DNA of 64,000 nucleotides from Minicystis rosea (GTDB lineage Bacteria; Myxococcota_A; Polyangia; Polyangiales; Polyangiaceae): NCBI GenBank assembly GCA_001931535.1, contig CP016211.1, positions 4,439,573 to 4,503,572 of the forward strand, read 5' to 3'. Shown piece by piece: positions 58,966 to 64,000 of this stretch (position 1 is its first letter; each line of letters starts with the position of its first letter). The notes under the pieces were generated by a model. It saw only the letters and a program-made list of their open reading frames with translations, ran no database searches and was not told where the DNA came from. The position numbers and the translations under genes were made by a program.

Positions 58966-59946
58966 ATGATGAAGGCGACACGGATCGAGCTCGGACGACG
59001 CCAGATGCTGGCGCTCTTGGGATCGACGGCGGCCACGATCGCAGCAGGCTGCGGATCGAGCACCAACGCGCCGGGGACCGGCGGCGGCACGACGGGCACG
59101 GGAGGCACCGCGGGCACCGGGGCGACCGGCACCGGCGGCGTGGGCGGCAGCAGCGCCGCGGGGGAATGGGCCACGGGCGGCACGGCCTCGATGACGGCGA
59201 AGGAGAGCTACCCCGATCCGTTCGCGGCCGGCGCCGGGACGACCTGCGCCCTCACCTGCGCCATGACGCTCGGCCCCTGCTACGCGCACACCATCGAGCG
59301 CCAAGACATCAGCGAAGGGCACGACGGTTTGCCGGTGCGCCTCTCGTTCCTCGTGGTCGACGAGACGTGCAAACCCATCTCGGGCGCGACCGTGGACATC
59401 TGGCACTGTGGCACCGAAGGGCTTTATTCGGGCGACGACGCTTCGGACTTCTGCACGAGCGGTGACGAGACGGCCCGCGCGGCGCGCTGGTTCCGCGGCG
59501 TGCAGACCACGGACGCCGCGGGTCGCGTCAACTTCGACACCTGCTTTCCTGGGTGGTATTCGAGCCGCACGATTCACATCCACTTCACCATTCGTATCGG
59601 TGATGCAGAGTACGTGACGTCGCAGCTCTTCTTCCCCGACACGCTCGACGACGAGATCGTGGGCACGCAGCCGCTCTACAAGGACCGCGGCGCGCGCGAC
59701 ACGACGAACCAAACGGACACCGTCATCTCCGGCGACGCCGTCAACGACTACACCTTCCAATATGCCCGCATGTCCGACGGCGCGATGCAGGCTTGGAAGA
59801 CGCTGGTGATTCGATCCTCGCTGACGGATTCGCTGTGCCAGGCGCCGGGTGGATCCGGTGGAATGATGGGCGGGCCGGATGGTGGGATGATGGGCCCGCC
59901 GCCGGATGGTGGTTTGCCGCCCGACGGTGGGCCGCCGGGGGGCTGA
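58966..59946 (+). CDS. Intradiol ring-cleavage dioxygenase-like protein with Tat-type signal and lipobox
   Basis: It has a twin-arginine signal ([19 protein letters not shown]) and an intradiol-dioxygenase core ([31 protein letters not shown]...IHIHFTI). The C-terminal tail is Gly/Pro/Met-rich. Confidence 0.6.
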   Translation: MMKATRIELGRRQMLALLGSTAATIAAGCGSSTNAPGTGGGTTGTGGTAGTGATGTGGVGGSSAAGEWATGGTASMTAKESYPDPFAAGAGTTCALTCAMTLGPCYAHTIERQDISEGHDGLPVRLSFLVVDETCKPISGATVDIWHCGTEGLYSGDDASDFCTSGDETARAARWFRGVQTTDAAGRVNFDTCFPGWYSSRTIHIHFTIRIGDAEYVTSQLFFPDTLDDEIVGTQPLYKDRGARDTTNQTDTVISGDAVNDYTFQYARMSDGAMQAWKTLVIRSSLTDSLCQAPGGSGGMMGGPDGGMMGPPPDGGLPPDGGPPGG

Positions 59947-59953
59947 GCGCGAT

Positions 59954-60916
59954 TCAGGCACGCATCGAATCACGTGAGCGTGCGACACCATGCCTTCGCC
60001 GGCGCGCCATGGCGCCGGCGATGGCGGTCATCGCGGCAAGCAAGCAGGATGCTTCCCCACCCGCAACAGGCGCCCCCACGGAGCAACCGCTGGGCTCGGT
60101 GACCTCGGGCTCGCCGGCATCGGCGGTGACACCGGCGTCGACACCACCGTCGGTGGCAGGCGGCGCCGGCGGCGCATACGTATCGAGGAAGGCCGCATGC
60201 ACGTCGGTGCGGCGGTAGTGCGCCGGTTCGAGGCAACCGGCGGTGTCGGTGTACGAGTCGACGCCGACGATGATCTCGATGCCATCGACCTTCACCAGCG
60301 CGGGACCACCGGAGTCGCCCACACAGCTCCGGCGCATGCCATCGCCCACGATGACGGTGTCGTCGTCGACGGCGCCGAGCGCGGTGGTGGCTTCGTGCTT
60401 GATGGCATTGAAGTCACCATACTTGATCTGGCCATAACCCACGATGCGCGCGGCGGTGCCCGTCAGCGAGGCATCGAGGGGCGCGCGGTTCACGGGGATC
60501 GGCGTGACGTCGAGCGGAGCAGCCAGGATGGCGACACCGATGTCGGCGAAGAAGGGTGGATTCGGGTCGTAGTCTGGATGGATGTGGGTTTCCTTCACGG
60601 AGACGAGCTTCGGCGCGAGCGTCGCGGCGGTCGGAAATGCTGATGCATCGGGGCCGGTGAAGGCGCCGAAGACGTAGCCGGGATGCTTTGCGGGATCGAG
60701 GCAGTGGGCCGCCGTGAGGAGGACGTCGGGCGCGATGAGCGAAGCCGTGCAGGCGTCGAAGGTGGAGAGATCGGTTGGGTGGGAGACGAGCATGACCACG
60801 GCGGGATCGCCGGTGGTGGGCGTCCCACCGATGATGGCGAAGGCGCCTTCGGACACCGGCTCCGCGCAGGCCGGCAAGAGGGCCGCGAGGAGCAGAGGGA
60901 GCGATACGAGCCTCAC
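59954..60916 (-). CDS. Trypsin-like serine protease (S1 family) with MYXO-CTERM tail
   Basis: The catalytic triad is LTAAHC (His), DIGVAIL (Asp) and GDSGGP (Ser). A signal peptide follows the GTG start (MRLVSLPLLLAALLPACA). The C-terminus is SGCSVGAPVAGGEASCLLAAMTAIAGAMARRRR. The GTG start overlaps the stop of the upstream BNR gene (GTGA). Confidence 0.8.
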   Translation of the reverse strand: MRLVSLPLLLAALLPACAEPVSEGAFAIIGGTPTTGDPAVVMLVSHPTDLSTFDACTASLIAPDVLLTAAHCLDPAKHPGYVFGAFTGPDASAFPTAATLAPKLVSVKETHIHPDYDPNPPFFADIGVAILAAPLDVTPIPVNRAPLDASLTGTAARIVGYGQIKYGDFNAIKHEATTALGAVDDDTVIVGDGMRRSCVGDSGGPALVKVDGIEIIVGVDSYTDTAGCLEPAHYRRTDVHAAFLDTYAPPAPPATDGGVDAGVTADAGEPEVTEPSGCSVGAPVAGGEASCLLAAMTAIAGAMARRRRHGVARSRDSMRA

Positions 60917-62256
60917 GGGATGGGGAACTCGGCAAATAGGCCGATGTGGGCTTTGCCGGCGGTGTTCTCGGTGTACGAGACGCGCCTCTGCGAGCCCACG
61001 ACGGCGAGACCCAGATACCCGCCGAGCCAGCTCGCGAGGGTGCGATCGAGGGTGAAGGTGCCGGGCGTGCCGATGGGCTGCACGCTCCAAACGCTGCCGC
61101 TCACGGAGGTCGCGAGCCGGAGGGAGGCGGGCTCGCCGACCTTGCCTTCGTAATAAGCGACGTTCAGACGAGGTCCGGAGTCGCGGACGACGCGCGGGAA
61201 GAGGTATTGCGCGCCGGCGGGCCCGTTCGAGACGGTGCTCGGCGCGTCGAACGCGTCACCTCCGTTGCTGGAGCGAACCACGTTCACGGCGTCGGCCGGC
61301 GAGTCCTGCGAGGGGCTGAAGAGGGCCGTGCCGGAGGCGTAGACGATCCAGAGCTGTAGTCCGGAGGCGGCACACGTGACGTCTTGGAAGACCACGTTGG
61401 TCGCGGGCACGGGGAGGGTTTGCCAATTCTTCCCTTGATCGGTGGAGCGACGGAGCGTGAGGGTGGCGGAAGCGCCGAGGTGCACCAGGTAGAGCGGCGC
61501 CGTGGGCCCGAGGCTGCGATCGAGGCAGAGGGAGGCGAGGTTGCCGAAGGTGTCGTCGGCGGTGATGGTGGAGCGGGTGAAGGTCGTGCCGTCGGCGGAG
61601 CGAGCGAGCGTGAGCGACGGGGTCCCGGTGAAGTCGGCCCACGTGAGGAGGATGTTGTCGTTGGCGTCGACGGCGATGGAGGGCTTGTCGAAATCGAGCG
61701 TGGTGCTGGTGCCGTCGTCCGAGGCGACCACGGGGGCGCCGAAGGTGCCTGTCGCGTCGTCGAGGCGCGAGAGATAAATGTGCTCGTCCGGGCCATTGGC
61801 GACACGGAAGCCGAGCCATGCGAGCGAGAAGCGGCCGTGCCCGTCCGCGGCGAGGACCGGATTGCTGGCGAGACGGCCGTCTGGAGATGCGATGTATTGG
61901 GGTGCGGTCCACGTGCCGCCGCCATCCTTCGAGACGGCATAACCGATGGAGGATGTGTTGTCGGAGAAGAACGCTATCCAGGCGGCGACGACGGTGTCTT
62001 TGCCATCGGAAGCGAGCGAGGTTTGCGCTTCGTAGGACGAGGTGCCTTTGGACGAGAAGGGGCCCGTCGCGGCGCCGCCGGTGCCGGTGCTGCTCGTGAA
62101 GCTGATGCCGGTGCCGGTGCCGCCACCGCTCGATGTGCTCGACGAGGTGGTGCCACCACCGCCGGTGCTCGTGGTCTCGCTCGAGCCGCCGCCGCACGCC
62201 TGCGCGGCCAGCACCGCGGTGCCGAAGGCCGCCATCCAGGAGATAGAGAGTCGCAT
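60913..62256 (-). CDS. BNR/Asp-box repeat lipoprotein (sialidase-like beta-propeller)
   Basis: The internal ATG with a GGAGGA RBS gives MRLSISWMAAFGTAVLAAQAC, a signal plus lipobox, followed by a Gly/Ser/Thr linker. The BNR motifs are SKDGGGTW, STDQGKNW and SSNGGDAF. Confidence 0.65.
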   Translation of the reverse strand: MRLSISWMAAFGTAVLAAQACGGGSSETTSTGGGGTTSSSTSSGGGTGTGISFTSSTGTGGAATGPFSSKGTSSYEAQTSLASDGKDTVVAAWIAFFSDNTSSIGYAVSKDGGGTWTAPQYIASPDGRLASNPVLAADGHGRFSLAWLGFRVANGPDEHIYLSRLDDATGTFGAPVVASDDGTSTTLDFDKPSIAVDANDNILLTWADFTGTPSLTLARSADGTTFTRSTITADDTFGNLASLCLDRSLGPTAPLYLVHLGASATLTLRRSTDQGKNWQTLPVPATNVVFQDVTCAASGLQLWIVYASGTALFSPSQDSPADAVNVVRSSNGGDAFDAPSTVSNGPAGAQYLFPRVVRDSGPRLNVAYYEGKVGEPASLRLATSVSGSVWSVQPIGTPGTFTLDRTLASWLGGYLGLAVVGSQRRVSYTENTAGKAHIGLFAEFPIP

Positions 62257-62368
62257 TGCGCCGTCCTCCGAATAGACCGACGACGATACGTGGAAGGCGA
62301 GGTGGTGGCGAGCGTGCGCGATGGGGCGAGGAGGAAAGGCGTGCGCCGAGGCTCCCCAGCGACTCGGA

Positions 62369-62740
62369 TCAAGCGTCTTCGAGGCCGGCGGTCGCGCTGC
62401 TGGTGAAGATATAGGCACGCTCGACGCGCGCGACACGAAGGACGTAATCGGCATACCAGCGCTCGCGCCCGTTGCGTTGCGCGATGCGATGATCGGCGAC
62501 GCGCTTCCAGGCGAAGATGGCGGCCTCGCTCGCCCAATAGCTCACGGAGATGCCGAGACCCGAGGCGTCGCGCACGCTCTCGATGCCGAGAAAACCAGGC
62601 TGATCATGGGCGAGCGTCTCGAGGAGGGCGGCGGTGCGCGCGTAGCCTTCGGGATCGGTGTCGCGGCGGAGCGAGGTGAAAATGACGGCGTGATACGGCG
62701 GCTCGGGCGTCGTGGCGAAGTGCGGTGAGGGCGCGGACAT
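62369..62740 (-). CDS. ABM-like (antibiotic biosynthesis monooxygenase / Dabb-type alpha+beta barrel) protein
   Basis: The 123-aa ORF fits the ABM/Dabb alpha+beta-barrel family by size and pattern; no strict motif was checked. Confidence 0.5.
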   Translation of the reverse strand: MSAPSPHFATTPEPPYHAVIFTSLRRDTDPEGYARTAALLETLAHDQPGFLGIESVRDASGLGISVSYWASEAAIFAWKRVADHRIAQRNGRERWYADYVLRVARVERAYIFTSSATAGLEDA

Positions 62741-62875
62741 GAGGGTGCGTTAGCGCCGTTCCCGGGCGCGGTCGAGAAAGGTGGCGCTCCGCGTCGCGTG
62801 CATTTCCGATACCCTCCTCGCGGCTGGTGGATCGTCCGAGCCGGTCGTTCGTCGGGGATCCGCACGGAGGCGTCG

Positions 62876-64000
62876 ATGCAGGTCAAGCTGTGGGGGTCGG
62901 GCTCTCTCTCGTTTCGCGTCGCCATCGGCGTCGCGGTGCTCGCGGCCAGCATCACGGCGCTGCTCCTCGGGCGGACGCCGCCGCCGATCGCGGCGCGCGC
63001 CATCGAGGCACGCCTCGAGCTCGCCGCGGGGGACGTGTCGTTGAAGCAGGGCAGCGCGTGGTCCACCGTGATCTCGGGGCTGCCGCTGTCGGACGGCGCC
63101 GAGCTCGGCACGGGCAAGGGGGCGCGCGCGCTGGTGCGGCTCTCCGATGGATCGGCGGTGTTCCTGCGGAGCGACACGATGCTCTCGCTCCATCACGCAG
63201 GCGTCGAGCTCGCCAAGGGCGAGATGTGGCTCGACGCGCCCGCGTCGGATCGCGGCGGGCTCGTGCACAAGCTCGGCGCGGTGAGCGTGTCGGCCGCGGA
63301 TGCGGGGCTGTCGCTGAGGCGCGAGGGCGACAACGTCACGGTGTACGTGGCGCGCGGGCTCGCGGTGGTGATGGCGCCGGGCGGGCGCGTGGAGGTGAAC
63401 GCGGGCGAGCAAGCCACCGTGAGCGCCGGCGTGCCACCCAAAGTGTCGCCGGTGAAGTACTGGGAGGACTGGACCGGCGGCATGGGTGATCACGGGCCGG
63501 TGGCCGGGGGAGGCACCGGATCGGGTCGCATTTATGGGATCGACAAGGGCGCGCTGCCGGGCACGCCGGCGCGCACGTTGGAGATCAGCCGGCAGGTGGT
63601 GCGCGCGGTGATCCGCGATGGGATGGCGGAGACGGAGGTCGATCAGACGTTCGGCAACCCGGGCGGGCGCGAGGTCGAAGGCTGGTATTGGTTCACGGTG
63701 CCGCCGAGCGCGATCGTGACGTCGTTCGCGGTGGAGACCGACGGCGCGTTGATCGAAGGCGAGGTCATCGAGCAGAAGGAGGCCGTCGCCAAGTACGGCG
63801 CCGCGGTGCGGAGCGGGCACGAGCCGGCGCTGCTCGAGTGGATCGATGGGCACAGCTACCGCGCGCGGATCTTCCCGGTGCCGGCGTCGGGCTCGCGGCG
63901 CGTGGTGCTGCGCTATCTGGAGATGCTCGGGACGCGCGCGGGCAAGCTGCAATACGTGTATCCGCTGCGCGGCGCGGGCGAGCCGGTGACGATCGGAGAG
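62876..64000 (+). CDS. FecR-domain plus VIT (vault protein inter-alpha-trypsin) domain protein, 3'-truncated by the window end
   Basis: This ORF is absent from the ORF track because it has no stop inside the window; the frame is open from ATG 62876 to base 64000. An ACGGAGG RBS is present. It has an N-terminal TM/signal and a FecR-like region (ALVRLSDGSAVFLRSDTMLSLHHAGVELAKGEMWLDAP). A VIT domain follows (VVRAVIRDGMAETEVDQTFGNPGGREVEGWYWFTVPPSAIVTSFAVETDGALIEGEVIEQKEAVAKYGAAVRSGHEPALLEW...YRARIFPVP). Confidence 0.7.
   Translation, partial: MQVKLWGSGSLSFRVAIGVAVLAASITALLLGRTPPPIAARAIEARLELAAGDVSLKQGSAWSTVISGLPLSDGAELGTGKGARALVRLSDGSAVFLRSDTMLSLHHAGVELAKGEMWLDAPASDRGGLVHKLGAVSVSAADAGLSLRREGDNVTVYVARGLAVVMAPGGRVEVNAGEQATVSAGVPPKVSPVKYWEDWTGGMGDHGPVAGGGTGSGRIYGIDKGALPGTPARTLEISRQVVRAVIRDGMAETEVDQTFGNPGGREVEGWYWFTVPPSAIVTSFAVETDGALIEGEVIEQKEAVAKYGAAVRSGHEPALLEWIDGHSYRARIFPVPASGSRRVVLRYLEMLGTRAGKLQYVYPLRGAGEPVTIGE

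Overview
This is high-GC (about 70%) bacterial chromosomal DNA, almost certainly from a myxobacterium (Myxococcales, Sorangiineae/Nannocystineae-like). At least four secreted proteases or proteins end in a MYXO-CTERM sorting tail (Cys-containing GC motif, hydrophobic helix, Arg-rich terminus). There are also two tandem type IV pilin genes next to a sigma-54-dependent NtrC/PilR-like activator, and many Ser/Thr-kinase, FHA and caspase signalling proteins. Gene density is high and translational coupling is frequent (ATGA, GTGA or TGATG stop/start overlaps). Housekeeping genes are present: rimO, pyrC, ruvX/yqgF, hisS, metG and a thpR-yjbQ pair. So are accessory genes: an ACE-like M2 peptidase fragment, an HEXXH metalloprotease, an S8 subtilase, a metzincin, a trypsin-like protease, a dihaem cytochrome c, two GT-C glycosyltransferases, two SDRs with a TetR regulator, and others. 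The most unusual content is a clear homologue of the eukaryotic major vault protein (MVP, 970 aa). It is translationally coupled to a downstream OPT-family transporter and divergently transcribed from an uncharacterised two-gene module (a single-TM acidic/Pro-rich protein and a 597-aa beta+alpha protein). Two other vault-associated domain types also occur in the window: a WGR-domain protein with a DUF1963-type C-terminal domain, and a FecR-VIT domain protein that runs off the 3' end. A second candidate system is a three-gene translationally coupled cassette: a seryl-tRNA-synthetase-like amino-acid:[carrier-protein] ligase, a small carrier protein and a GNAT-fold transferase, divergent from a ferritin-like di-iron oxygenase. 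Several intergenic tandem-repeat arrays and perfect hairpins lie between convergent genes. There is no CRISPR array and no obvious tRNA, rRNA or mobile element. Many long ORFs in the six-frame track are GC-driven antisense or alternate-frame artefacts and are not called. Coordinates follow the ORF-track arithmetic. My manual base counting occasionally differed by 1 nt, so internal start positions may be off by 1.
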